Assembly: GCF_026571515.1 (NCBI RefSeq)
Contig: NW_026864520.1
Span: 310,001 to 374,000, forward strand
Reading direction: 5' to 3'
DNA length: 64,000 bases
Source: Ruditapes philippinarum
Lineage: Eukaryota
Position 1 is the first letter of the stretch; every line of letters starts with the position of its first letter. The notes beneath the pieces are model-generated. The model was not told where the DNA came from and searched no databases. It saw nothing but the letters and a program-made list of their open reading frames with translations. Positions 13,901-25,928 of the stretch are shown one piece after another. The position numbers were made by a program, and so were the translations under genes.

Positions 13901-16900
13901 GTTGGTTTTAAGTACCTTATTAAACTGAAATACTTGTGTTTTAATATTTTCTTTTGCAACAAAATTTTTGCATATTTTGATATTGTTGTGTACAAAACTA
14001 TAACTTTACCATAAATGCTCCCTTATCAATTTTATATATATTGGTAATATTGTTTTTAACCTTTCTCTATTGATAGACAATAGGTTGTGTGTTTTTTTCC
14101 CCTCCATGGAGATAGTTACTCAATATCTATCAATCAAGTCTAAAACCAAATAAGGTGGGAATTTTATATTTTTGATAACCATGTACAATGTTTAATTGAT
14201 TTATTTTCAGGTTCGTATGCAAGCACGATCCTCCCTGAAGGGTAATGAGAGCATGTTTCAAGCATTCCAAGACATCTTCAGACAGGAAGGGCTTCCAGGA
14301 TTATGGAGGGTAAGTCTTTGTATCTGAGCAAAGCTATCAATGTAATTCTAGACCTCTGTGGCTGAGTATAACAATAATTGTTTACATGCTATTAAGTTAT
14401 CCTTCCATTGTATTGGAGGCTGTTAGTTTCTACCTATGTTGCATGCTCAAAATTAGTGCTTTACAGAAGTACATGCTCAACTGGAATAACTCAATATTCA
14501 ACTGTTCATTGGGTACTAAATTTGAACCTGACCTCATGGCTTCGAATGGGCTGATATTAGATAAAACAATAAGTCATCAAAACTTGCACTAGCCTGCTAG
14601 TCTAACACTGGTAAATTCATTTCTAGACATAATTTATGACATAAATTAGATTTACACTATAGAATAAGAAATATGTCTGAGTGGTTCAGATTATTGTGGC
14701 AAAAAGATTGCTTTTCACCATTGTAAGTTTGAGTTCGGAAAAGTGCCATAAAACCTTTTCTGTGTTGGTGAGACGTAAAACCCAAAAAAAAAACTGACCA
14801 ACAACAACAACAACAACAAATAAAACCAATGAAATATTGTTCATTATTCATGATTATTAATGTATGATTTTAATGTAGGCTTGTATTATAGGGTTGTGAT
14901 TTTATTATAGGGTTGTTATGTTATTTTATTATAGGGTGTAGGACCAACGGCACAGAGAGCAGCGATTGTGGTGGGTGTCGAGTTACCTGCCTATGATATG
15001 ATCAAACGTTACCTACTCACACATGAGATTATGGGAGATACGAAATCAAACCATTTCACGTATGTATACTATTATTGTTGTTTGACATGTCTGCGTAACT
15101 TACCTAGGAAACCTAGATGTCAGTTTGGAAAATGATATCACTATTGAACAAAGTTGGAAAAAAATTCATTGCATCAATCATTTCTCTGTTTTTATAGGCA
15201 TGAATAGCCTAGCAAGTTTGTTACAAGATCTTCACCTTATTTATATAGAGGATTGTTTGTCTAAAGTTGCTATTTTTTCACTTATTGAGAAATTATGGTC
15301 AATTTCATTTTTTAACGCAACTTTTAGAAGAAAATTTAGAGATATTGTCATGATTTATATTGTTGTCTCATCAAAAAGACTTTTAATTACTTTTAGCTAA
15401 AGTCTCTGCTGATTGAACATGTGACCCTCCTGAATAATTGGTCTCACAGTGTGTACACTGAACGGCTGCTTTCCCTATATGTTATTTGTATTTTATTACC
15501 CCCGTTTTATATCAATATATAGGTCCAGCTTCATCGCAGGGTTGGCAGGGGCTGTAGCTTCTACACCAGTTGACGTTATCAAGGTAACTATCATATTTTA
15601 TTACCTCCCTTTATTATAACTTGCCATTGCTTTATTCATTTCATACAAATCATCAAAGAACAGAATTTAGCATGCAGAATGGTTTATGTGATGTTGTCTC
15701 AAAATCTGCTTTTGCAATCCTTGTTTTCTGTAAATTTTTGCACTGATACACAAAATAAGCTTATTTTTGGAAAGTATTTTTATTGCAAAAGATTAAAACA
15801 AAGACTAGAATAAGTGTGGAATTGTTAACATATATATTTAGTCTTTTTTTGTTTTTGTAAAAATTAAGAGATTTTTACTCTTAACCTATTGCATTTCACA
15901 AATGGTAACATTTAAAGTTGTAAGGGTCTGCAAGGCCAAGTGGTAAGGGTTGGTCAAATGGAATCATTTGTCCTTCAGGGCTGTGGGTTCAAATCCTGCC
16001 ATGTAATAAGGACTTTGTATTTGAGAAAGTTGTGAATCTAAGTAAAAGGTTGCTAGTTATACACTACAGACAACTGCTCATGTATGTAATAATGACCAAT
16101 GGGGAAATCTTGGGACTTTTCTTTATTTAGTAAAACTGAAAGGTTGCCTTTTGACCCTAACTGTGTAAGACTTAAAAACTCGATTTTGAATTAAACTAAG
16201 GCTTAACACACAAAACAGAAAAAAAAAATTATTGAGTATTCTAGTATGTAAGAATGCATATTCTTGGCAATTAGAAGATTCGCTTTGGCTATTGTCCATT
16301 GAATTGCAGGAATGCATATTGCATGTGCTAGGCATTTTTCCCTTTATCTTTTTTTGCACAATCATGCATATAATATAATAATAAAAAGATTTTATAACAA
16401 AGTAGAAATTGTTGTGGTTTTTATTTTCGATATAACTACTTAGCCTGTCAATTAAATGAAAGCTGTTTCATAGATTTAACAACAGCCTGTATACATGTTA
16501 AGTGGCAATTAGATGGTGAAGTTTGACATGTTTATACACAGAAAGAATAACAATAGTTAAATATGATAATAAGAAGTCTTATGACTGTTAAATGTAAACA
16601 CAAGTTATTTGCATGCCAGTTGGTATTTAAAAAAACTACTGAAGGGAATGGGTTGAAACATCATACACTTGTTTGAGAGTTTAATAGGAGGTCACTGGCC
16701 AAGTTGCAAAACTTTAACATGGATTTTGACAGAATTGTAGCCCCTTTTTGAACTTAGAAAATTCTACTTTTTGCAGGCTTTTGTTTTACTGTTGAGCACG
16801 CTGTATTACTCACAGGTCTTGTTAGAGATTTTAGTATCAATATAACCATATTGAGCTGTCATTAATGTAGAGCCTGGTTATACTGCAAGGACACATAGGC

Positions 16901-19900
16901 TAGCCTGGTTTAATTCTGACCATATAAGTCAGTATTGCTATTAACACTCTAAGGGTTCCTATACCTTACAAAATGCCTTTCACATTTGAGCTGCAAAAAT
17001 TGTATGCAAGTCACTAAAGCTAAATTGCTCTGGTATGAAATATGTTAATCCAGGTCCGTTAACTTAATTCCCAGTGCTGAGGCTTGTTTTTTCTGACAGT
17101 ATAATGTTACTAAATGCTGTTATTTTGTTTAAAAAGGAGCATTAACTTTTATATAGATACAAAACTGGACTTACTGTAAGCATTTTAGTGACTTGAATGT
17201 TTATCAGTCACTTTTGTTACTCTCTTAGATTCTTCTAGAATAAAATATTTTTCCATATCTTAAGTAATAATTGAGACATTTTAAATGTTAATGATTTCGT
17301 GTATAATAGATTTTTACATGGTTGCAAAAGTTTGGGAGACATCATAAATGACATTCTGTATACTAAATATCATCCATCAATATGCCTTGTTGCTCTGTAA
17401 CATTGTTGTAGGGCAGAATATACATCAAGTTTTTCTACCTATATTAGTCACTTTTTTGTGTAACCTTCTTAAGCTCTGAAGTAAAATCATGTTCCATTGT
17501 TATGACATTATAATTTTACTGTACTGTGAATAGTGTTAATAAAATAAGTCATTTTGATATAAATACAGTTTGATATAACGTGTTTGAGAGATTTTTTGAG
17601 TATTTACTGAAGGGATTCAAAGCTATGTGAACAGATTTGCACTTTCCTTTATCAAACATTTTTTTATTCAAATAAGCAATACTCTGTGGTACAATTTATT
17701 CGGTTCAAGTTTAATTTCCTACTGTTTATCGATGTAGAATTTTTTGATAATGATAAATCTTTGATCTTGTTGATTTTTTTTTTTTTTTCAAATTGATTTT
17801 TTTTTTAAAATTTTACACCTGCCAGTTTCCTCCTCAGAGGTGAATTAAACTTGTGTGTAATATCTTCAAAAAAGAAGAATTTATAAAGAGAAACATAATA
17901 AATTATTTTCTTACCTCCTTTTAGGAGAGTGCAATTCTGTATGGTTGTTTAAAATTTCAAAATTATATCTGTTAAAAATTTGAATACTTTATATTGTTAA
18001 GTTGATATCATATGCAGAATGTTAAGATAAAATTGCTTTTATGGAAAATATAATATCTGTTAAAAATATTATTAATTGTTAATTAAAGTGATGTTAATTT
18101 AAGTGATGAGAAAGTATATATATATATATATATATATATTTACAGTGATTAACAAGGCGTATTACACATTTTCCTTGCCTAACAGTAATAGACAAGTCTT
18201 TTCATGGATTTCTGAAGCCACTTGATCAAATGATGTTACTATTTCAAACACAAAATATTTCCTTAAAAGTGGTGTTTCTCACATAATTGGTAAGGAGCCA
18301 CAGCCTCTTAATTTTGGAAAGATTTATTGTTAAAATTTGGAATTTGGGAAGCGAAAAAGTTGGTGTAAATAAACTTTATGATTTTAAAGGAAATTTCATT
18401 TGAGATGAGGCCTTTCATAGGCCTGTGTTAAATTAGGTGAAAAGTCACTGATTGAGACTTACCATTATCTCTAGATAATAGATTTAATTGAAAAAATAAT
18501 TAGGAAAAATGTATTTAGTAATACTATCCTAATTTAAAAATTTATTTATTATGCCCCCGCCATGTAATGGCCGGGGCATATAGTGTTACCCTGTTCCGTC
18601 CTTCCGTCATTCCGTCCTTCCGTCCTTCCGTCATTCCGTCCTTCCGTCATTCTGTCATTCCGTCATCATCAGTTTCCGTTCATTATCTTAGTAACGGTTG
18701 CACACATTCAACTCAAATTTGACATATGGATATGTCATGAGAAAATACAGGTCAAGTTCGAATTTGGTCATGGTTCGATGATTTTTGGCAGAGTTATGCC
18801 CCTTTTACTTTGAAAATAATATGAAATTTTCAGTTTCCGTTCATTATCTCCCCAACGGTACAACACATTCAACTCAAACTTGACATATGGATATGTCATG
18901 AGAAAATACAGGTCAAGTTCAAATTTGGTCATGGTTCGATGATTTTTGGCAGAGTTATGCCCCTTTTACTTTGAAAATAATATGAAATTTTCAGTTTCCG
19001 TTCATTATCTCCCCAAAGGTACAACACATTCAACTCAAATTTGACATATGGATATGTCTTGAGAAAATACAGGTCAAGTTCAAATTTGGTCATGGTTCGA
19101 TGATTTTTGGCAGAGTTATGCCCCTTTTACTTTGAAAATAATATGAAATTTTCAGTTTCCGTTCATTATCTCCCCAAAGGTACAACACATTCAACTCAAA
19201 TTTGACATATGGATATGTCTTGAGAAAATACAGGTCAAGTTCAAATTTGGTCATGGTTCGATGATTTTTGGCAGAGTTATGCCCCTTTCACTTTGAAAAT
19301 AATATGAAATTTTCAGTTTCCATTCATTATCTCCCCAAAGGTACAACACATTCAACTCAAACTTGACATATGGATACATCAAAGGAATGCGCAGGTCAAG
19401 TTCAAATTTGGTCATGGTTCGATGATTTTTTACAGAGTTATGGCCCCTTTTACTTTGAAAATAATATGAAATTTTCAGTTTCCATTCATTATCTCCCCAA
19501 CGGTACAACACATTCAACTCAAACTTGACATATGGATACATCAAAAGAATGCGGCAAGTCAAGTTCAAATTTGGTCGTGGTTCAATGATTTTTGGCAGAG
19601 TTATGCCCCTTTAACTTTGAAAATAATATGAAATTTTCAGTTTCTGTTTATTATCTCCCCAACAGTACAACACATTCAACTCAAATTAGACATATGGATA
19701 TGTTTTTGGAATGCCCAGGCCAAGATCGAATTTGGTCATGGTTCAATGATTTTTGGCAGAGTAATGCCCCTTTTACTTTAAAAATAATATGAAATTTACA
19801 GTTTCTGTTCATTATCTACCCAACTGTGTTACATATTCAACTCAAATTTGACATATGGATATGTCAAAGGAATGGGCAGGTCAAGTTTGAATTTGGTCAT

Positions 19901-22900
19901 GGTTCGATGATTTTTTGGCAGAGTTATGTCCCTTTCACTTTGAAAATAATATAGATGCATCTTAGGAATAAGCACTCATACTTTTGTGGAAAGTTTGAAT
20001 TTGGTCGTGGTTCAATGATTTTGGACAAACTTATCTTTCTTGAATGTTGGAAAAATTTTGAACTTTCAGTTTCAGCACTCATACTTTTGTGAAAATGTAT
20101 GTAGCCATTATTTTGGCTACAAATATGAAATATGCTATTTTCAAAAGGTTAAGACTGAATAATTTCAGTGCTTTGAACATTGTATGAAAATGGTTTGTGT
20201 TAACATTGAAAAGTTTTAAGGGCTTTGAACTGCAAATGAAAAAAATAATTTGTGCAAACAAATTTGGAACTAAATATTATAACATCTGAAATTTTGGCTG
20301 CATGCGGGGGCATCCGTGGCATGATGACACATTTCTAGTTTATTTTATTTTCTTCTTAATATATCAAAAACTGTTGTGAAATTTTTCTCTTTTCATTTCA
20401 AATGAGGCAAAGAAAATGCCACATAGAATGCTTGGAAATCAGTAAAAAGACTTGTTTTTACTCAACTCATCAATATCTAGAGACCATGCATCCTACTTTC
20501 TGTAAATCAAAAACACAATTACACCCAAAATTTGTTAATAGCAAAGATTTGTCATTAATTCATTTGAAAATTCTTTTTTGTATGGTGGTCGCAAGACCAC
20601 AATATTTTTTACATTTGGTTGGTTGTTATACTTCTTTGAAGGTGTAGGACTCCGAGCGAGAAAATATCATGTTGCTGCAGAGATGGACGACCCACGATTA
20701 ATCGGAGAAGTGCCGGGACGCTGCATTGCGTCCCAGAATGCATCATTCTGATTTTCGGGGCGTGACTATAACGTGTAAATACAGTAATGTTAAAGATATC
20801 CTGTACTATTAATACTGTTCTGTTTTTATTAATATTTATAATTTTTTTACAACAGCGTTCACAAAACAGAACCAAATTCACCATATTTATAATGATGACA
20901 TCTGCATCTTTCTTTTACATAAGCAAAAGAAATCTTTTGAAAATTTTATTTTATCTTTTACCATAACAAAATAGTAGCTAGAATTTTTTAAAATCATTTT
21001 TGCTTTGAAGTGAATTTGATCATATTCGTTTCTATATATAATTCAACTTGAATCTAGTGTTTGTACATTGTAAATAATGAAATATCTCAGTAAAGTTTGT
21101 ATTTCCCCAATTCCACCATTTTGATTCCTATTTGTTGGACTGTTATTCTACCTGCTTTAAAACCAAGATAAAATATGGCCATTGAGTGCAATTAAGATAT
21201 AGTTTATGAAAGTTGCATGCACTTAAAAAACTTGCATGACGAGTGCATGTGCAAGTAGCTCAAGTACCTGTTTTTATAATACCACTTTAATTTCATGCCA
21301 ATTACCTATAGGTAAATAAACATCAGACAATCATGTAAACAAGTTTTGACAAGCTATAGGTAATTTACTGACAATTATGTATTGTTGGTAATTGAGGCAA
21401 GTTAATATGATCGAAGAGGTCATGTGATTTAACATTGTCAGAATGAAACTCAAGAGACCATGATTAGAGTCCATTTTCCTAACTACAATTGGTTATTAAC
21501 TTTTGAAGACCAGACTTTAACTGAGGTTTTATGTTCAGTTTTTGTGCTGCACACTTTCATACTCAATAAAGACAAACAATCATGGTTTTACTTTAAAGCA
21601 GGAATTTTTTGTTACAAGAAATTAAGGCATAATATGCTGCTAAAATTTTTAACTTGGAATTATTACACGCAAATTAGTACCAATAAAAGGTCTCCTAAAT
21701 TCCAATCTACCAGCATGACCCGAAATCAATTGATTTTGATAAGACATTGTATATTTTCAACATCAAGCACAAAATCAAAATCAGTGTGCCATTTAACCAA
21801 TGCCTCATTTGTTTTGCATATTTTTATATGACTAGCTCTTATTACATTTTAACAGTTTGCCCCCATCATTTAAATCCACAAATAAGTCTATATTAGAGTT
21901 TACATGATTAAAAGGTCAACTTGAAATTATTTATGTAGTTCTGCAGTGATCAAAAATTCCACTCATGTGCTCAGCTCATAAATTCGAGTACAATTTAAGA
22001 GAATATGATGCAGGACGAGGTGAAAAATGTTGCCTGCACCATGGGTTTAAAAGCTACTCGTCCTGTAGGACAAGTGACTCTGAAAATATTTTTTATGCCT
22101 GTTTTAAGATTATAGAACAATTCGAAGCTGTAAGGTTTAGGGTATTAAAACTGTGCCAAATTGTTGAAAATTATGACAGTGTATCAAACAGTTAAAATAA
22201 GTTGTTTTTTATGGAATAGAGACTACATGAGGGTAACTGAGTGTAAATAGAGATATATATAATACATACAGGCTCATTGAAATAACTGACTTCAATGTCT
22301 AATTTTTTATTTAAACTTTAAGTCTTTTGATATATTATCTTTGATTTATCTATACATATAGATCTATTTGTGGGAAACAGACACAAAAAAAAAATGAATT
22401 ATTTCAAAATCGAGAAACATTTAGACATTTACAAAAACAATTTTGTTTTTGAAAACAACAACACAATCATACAAATTTATAACTTTTTTTTAAACAGTTC
22501 ATGAATAATAAAGTGTTTGCTACAGGCTGTGACACTTAAATGCAGATGTCAACATTATAAACAAACAAAAACTGGCTACCTATCTATAATCAAGAAACCT
22601 ATACAATAGATAATATTTTATAATAAAGTAAATTTCGTACACAGAAGGGAAAAGGCCAATTTTTTTTTCTAAAATGAAACCATTCCCTTGCTGTATATAG
22701 AAAATGCCTGCTCTCCCATCCCTTGTTTATGTTATTTTTTTGATTTTGAAGAGGTTACATATAATTAAATGGCATAATAAGTCTGACATTATAAACAAAC
22801 TGTAAAAAACGTCACCTGTGCTGCATTGTAGAAGACGTACTTTATCATTGGATAGAAATGTTTCAAATGTCATTCACATTACTAATGGCAGAGTTAGTAA

Positions 22901-25900
22901 GAATTCTGAGGTGGCAGCATGGCCGAGTGGTTAATGCATCGGAATAGTAATCTAATGATCGCTAGCTGTATGGCGCTCAAACCCTGTCAGGGATCAAGTC
23001 GTTGTTTCCTGGAGCAAGAAACTTTACACTCATTGCTCAGTACTGGTTTGTTCCAGGAACGAATTCGAAAGAGTGTCTGTAAGCTTATAGCTTCCTACAC
23101 AATCCAACTAAAATAAATACTGTATAGACCTAGAATTCCAGTGATATAAGACTTGCTCTTATTATTTTTGATTCAACCAATTGGAAGGTACATGTACTTA
23201 AAGCTATGAATATCATAGATTCGTTATATGTATTTTCAATGTACCATGATTATTTTGAAGACGGTATGCTTAAAGCCATACAGTATAATTTTGACCCTTG
23301 ACTCGTAAACATTTTACAGGTATAACAGCACATGGCTAGCAAAAATACAAGAGAACAATAAATTCATGAACAAATTTATGTCGTAGTCTTTTTGAATTTT
23401 TCTGTGCATGATCAAATGGCTGTAACAATATGGTACAGAACTCGGACCAAGCTTAAAGTAAATTCCTACATAAACTGGTAAAAGGTCATGAAGAATTAAG
23501 GAAGACCTGTCACAAGGAGATGTGGGGAACAGGCAGATTCTCAAATTCTGAAACACTTTTAACAACATGATTTAACAATATAATTTCCTTAAAATTCCTC
23601 AAAATTCTAAAAATCTTTTTTGATGCAAAAAAAATGTGTTATTCTCAAATCTTTACAAAAACCTATTCTTATCAATTGCATAGAATTTTGGTTTCAGAAG
23701 ATTTGGTGTCTTAAATCGATCTTTTCTATTTCAGACACGTTTGATGAACCAACGTAAGTTTAAGGCGAATGTTGTTCTGGAAGGGGGAGCTGCTGTTCCA
23801 GCGATCTATACATCTTCTCTCCACTGCCTTACACAGGTAAATACTTTCCGTTCATAATGTCACTTGTTACTGTATGGTATAAAAACAGTTTTTGATGGCT
23901 TCTTCTATAAGCTTAACTGGAAAGTCAGCAGTTATAATCATAATATTGTCATTAATTCCAATTGCTGATACAGTGTCTATTCTAGGATTTGTAAAACAGG
24001 GGGGATTTTTATCAAAACATGCAAAAAGGGAGAATTTATTACATTTACTTTTTTCCCCTTCTTTCTCTATGTAAAATTTTCACCCTGCCTCTGAAAAAAT
24101 AGGGGGGAAATCTCAAAAAAAAGGAGTGAATCCCCCTTCCTAGAATAGACACTGGCTGATAATGAGTACTGCCTATATAAGGAGATTCTAATTCCGTTGT
24201 AAATGATGTACTTTTCATTGTCTCTTTGTCAACAGACTCAAAGTAAATCTGAGTGTGTGATTGTCATATATCATTTTTTGGTGTCTTTGTTCTTAGAGGG
24301 TCTTATTGGATACCAAATTTCAATAATGCCAACTTAACATGATTTATAACTGAACAAATAATATTTGATCAGTGCTGTTAAGTTTTGACAGGTTGGTGGT
24401 TATACCAAGTAATTTTTGTGGTTTTACCAGAAAAGTTGTTATTTTTACCAGATATGTTCAGTGTGACATAATTCAAAACTGTTAACTGCATTATAGTTAC
24501 TTTTTAACTTTGTAAGTTAAATTGATATTTATATTTAAAATGAAAGAATTTGATACCCAAAATAAGATATATTTTCCCCCAAAATAAGATATATTTTTCA
24601 TTACCACTCTAGTGTTGAAAAGATAACATAGTAGATAGGAAGTGTTTTGTTAAATCATGTAGAGGATTTTTTCTGGTTCATGTTGACACATATAGCTAGG
24701 AGCAAGATGGAAGTGTCATAAAGTATGAATTTAATCTTGTGACTTCCTTGTTTACAATTTGTTATAATCAGTTATAATTGTTACATCATGTACATTATGA
24801 TGTATATGTACAATTGTAGCTGAATACATGTGATGAAATATAATTGAGCCGCGCATGGGTTTGCGACCAGCATGGATCCAGACCAACCTGCGCATCCGCA
24901 CAGTCTGATCAGGATCCATGCTGTTCACTATCAGTTTCTCAATTTGTAATAGGGTTTGTAATAATAATAATAATAATCATCTGTAAGCGAACAGCATGGA
25001 TCCTTATCAGACTGCCTAGATACACAGGCTGGTCTGGATCCATGCTGGTTGCTAATGCACAATGTTGGTTTTGTCATGACGCGGCTCATATATAAGATGA
25101 TGCTACGTAACCTAGGACTCCAGTATAGAGGTATTCTTGGCTGCTGACATCCCTTATAGCGTTAGCTGCACAGTTTTAGTATTCTGATTATAGATGCTTT
25201 AAAAAACTTTTATTGATAGTTTCATATGCAGTTGTTGTAGAAAAACTGCAATGTCTTGGATTAGCAAAGATTTTATTATTAATTTGCTCAAATGAATTTC
25301 TTGCTTATTAGATTGAGGCGTACAAGTATTGCCTATTAAAGCAGCATGCCTCTAGATTCATGCTTATTTTCATGAAAATTATGAAAATGTTTTTTAAAAG
25401 TAGAATATTGTGAAGTGAACAAAGAAAGTAGTTTACATATTACAAACAGCACAAACAATTGACATAAATTACCAAAAAGAAGAAAAAAATATGCAAAAAA
25501 TAGATATATTGAAGTAGAAATGTGATAGAAATATGGTGATCAGTCATTGAAAAGAAAGATCATTCATCCCTTATAATATGTAAATTATTACATAAATCTT
25601 GAATCTTTTTACTTAATTTAAAATTTTAGTACGTTTTTCTCTCAAGTTTGATTTAAAAAAAAAAATATTTTGGCTTATCTGGGTGGCATGCACAGCTTTA
25701 ATGAATGAATATAACTTTGATAAGAGCCATTTAAGTATGAAAAGGCAAAGAATATATTGAATCTACAATATAACAAAACTGTTATGAATTATGTGCTTTT
25801 TGTTTCAGACGGTAAAAACAGAAGGTCTTACGGCCCTTTATAAAGGTTTCATACCAAACTGGCTAAGACTTGGACCTTGGAACATCATTTTCTTCATGAC

Positions 25901-25928
25901 CTACGAACAACTGAAGAAGCTCACGTGA
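1711..25928 (+). CDS. SLC25A30: Mitochondrial carrier SLC25A30/SLC25A14-like (KMCP1/BMCP1-UCP5 subfamily), 8 coding exons, 300 aa
   Basis: Exons 1711-1925, 2172-2266, 6478-6563, 14211-14309, 14935-15059, 15523-15583, 23735-23836 and 25809-25928 sum to 903 nt, all GT-AG with matching phases. Three carrier signatures ([30 protein letters not shown]) plus subfamily-typical [35 protein letters not shown] and [17 protein letters not shown]25A30 versus SLC25A14 cannot be resolved; probably co-orthologous. Confidence 0.95.
2172..2266 (+). CDS. SLC25A30: Carrier coding exon 2 ([31 protein letters not shown])
   Basis: ttttcag|G ... AAAG|gtaaag, 95 nt. Confidence 0.95.
2808..3115. mobile_element. Non-autonomous DNA transposon (hAT-like MITE)
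   Basis: Terminal inverted repeats TAGGGCTGTCATTGA ... TCAATGACAGCCATA; target-site duplication not clearly preserved. Confidence 0.6.
3701..4202. mobile_element. Mutator-like MITE
   Basis: Long imperfect TIRs built from CAACTCGGC / GCCGAGTTG units; flanked by the direct repeat CAAAATAAAA (3691-3700 and 4202-4211), consistent with a 9-10 bp TSD. Confidence 0.7.
4311..4732. mobile_element. MITE with ~80-bp near-perfect TIRs
   Basis: aatgtgaata-tactacggtcatgtacatttgttgatataggaaacggaag...gcatgcgccgcggtaagg is mirrored at about 4653-4732. Confidence 0.8.
6478..6563 (+). CDS. SLC25A30: Carrier coding exon 3 ([29 protein letters not shown])
   Basis: tttacag|AT ... AAG|gtaagg, 86 nt. Confidence 0.95.
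7323..7933 (+). mobile_element. Degenerate Helentron/HINE-like element
   Basis: Internal GGTCAAAGGTCAAGGTCA core typical of mollusc HINE/pearl-like repeats, T-rich start, ends ...agcgcttgt. Confidence 0.45.
7799..7924. repeat. Perfect 31-bp tandem repeat, 4 copies
   Basis: ATTGTGAAAAATGGAGTGCACTACCACTCAG occurs four times with no spacers. Confidence 0.97.
14211..14309 (+). CDS. SLC25A30: Carrier coding exon 4 (VRMQARSS...[10 protein letters not shown])
   Basis: ttttcag|GTT ... AGG|gtaagt, 99 nt. Confidence 0.95.
14935..15059 (+). CDS. SLC25A30: Carrier coding exon 5 ([21 protein letters not shown]...NHF)
   Basis: ttatag|GGT ... AC|gtatgt, 125 nt. Confidence 0.93.
15523..15583 (+). CDS. SLC25A30: Carrier coding exon 6 ([20 protein letters not shown])
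   Basis: atatag|G ... AAG|gtaact, 61 nt. Confidence 0.95.
15925..16175 (+). mobile_element. Degenerate tRNA-derived SINE
   Basis: GGCCAAGTGGTAAGG (A-box-like) and GGGTTCAAATCC (B-box); similar to the copies at 32887 and 52936. Confidence 0.55.
18548..20338 (+). mobile_element. Helentron-associated (HINE / pearl / DTC84-like) element carrying a ~161-bp satellite array
   Basis: 5' subterminal IR ATGCCCCCGC (18551) with a short hairpin, then a (TCCG/TCCT/TCAT)n microsatellite, then tandem cores. 3' subterminal IR GCGGGGGCAT (20304), a short imperfect palindrome and a CTAG|TT end. Inserted in T-rich DNA. Confidence 0.85.
18670..19950. repeat. Tandem array of about 8 units of 161-162 bp (BIV160/Cg170-sized)
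   Basis: Unit start CAGTTTC at 18670, 18831, 18992, 19153, 19314, 19476, 19638 and 19799. Confidence 0.95.
22913..23120 (+). mobile_element. CORE-type tRNA-derived SINE
   Basis: tRNA-like head TGGCCGAGTGGTTAA, CORE-like block GTTTCCTGGAGCAAGAAACTTTACACTCATTGCTCAGTAC, A-rich tail. A decayed relative lies near 13285-13430. Confidence 0.7.
23735..23836 (+). CDS. SLC25A30: Carrier coding exon 7 (TRLMNQRK...[11 protein letters not shown])
   Basis: tttcag|ACA ... CAG|gtaaat, 102 nt. Confidence 0.93.
23971..24154. mobile_element. MITE with 17-bp TIR and 7-bp TSD (P-like)
   Basis: CAGTGTCTATTCTAGGA ... TCCTAGAATAGACACTG flanked on both sides by GCTGATA. Confidence 0.85.
24845..25088. mobile_element. 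Palindromic MITE family A, copy 1 (with internal (TAA)n)
   Basis: TGAGCCGCG...GCGACCAGCATGGATCCAGACC...CTGATCAGGATCCATGCTGTTC with a mirrored right arm ending CGCGGCTCA. Confidence 0.9.
25340..25697. mobile_element. TTAA-flanked (Kolobok-like) non-autonomous element
   Basis: ttaa|AGCAGCATGCC ... GGCATGCACAGCT|ttaa; the 3' part is homologous to about 49570-49670. Confidence 0.55.
25809..25928 (+). CDS. SLC25A30: Carrier coding exon 8 ([39 protein letters not shown])
   Basis: tttcag|ACG ... TGA at 25926-25928. Confidence 0.95.
   Translation, partial: TVKTEGLTALYKGFIPNWLRLGPWNIIFFMTYEQLKKLT

Noticed and set aside
507-17500. Short ORF-track entries in carrier introns as nested genes
   Set aside because: AT-rich, low-complexity F/L/I/K-biased peptides with no motifs and no consistent splice chain found on either strand.
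18583-19792. ORFs 18583-18813, 19251-19568 and 19592-19792
   Set aside because: They are translations of the microsatellite and 161-bp satellite units.
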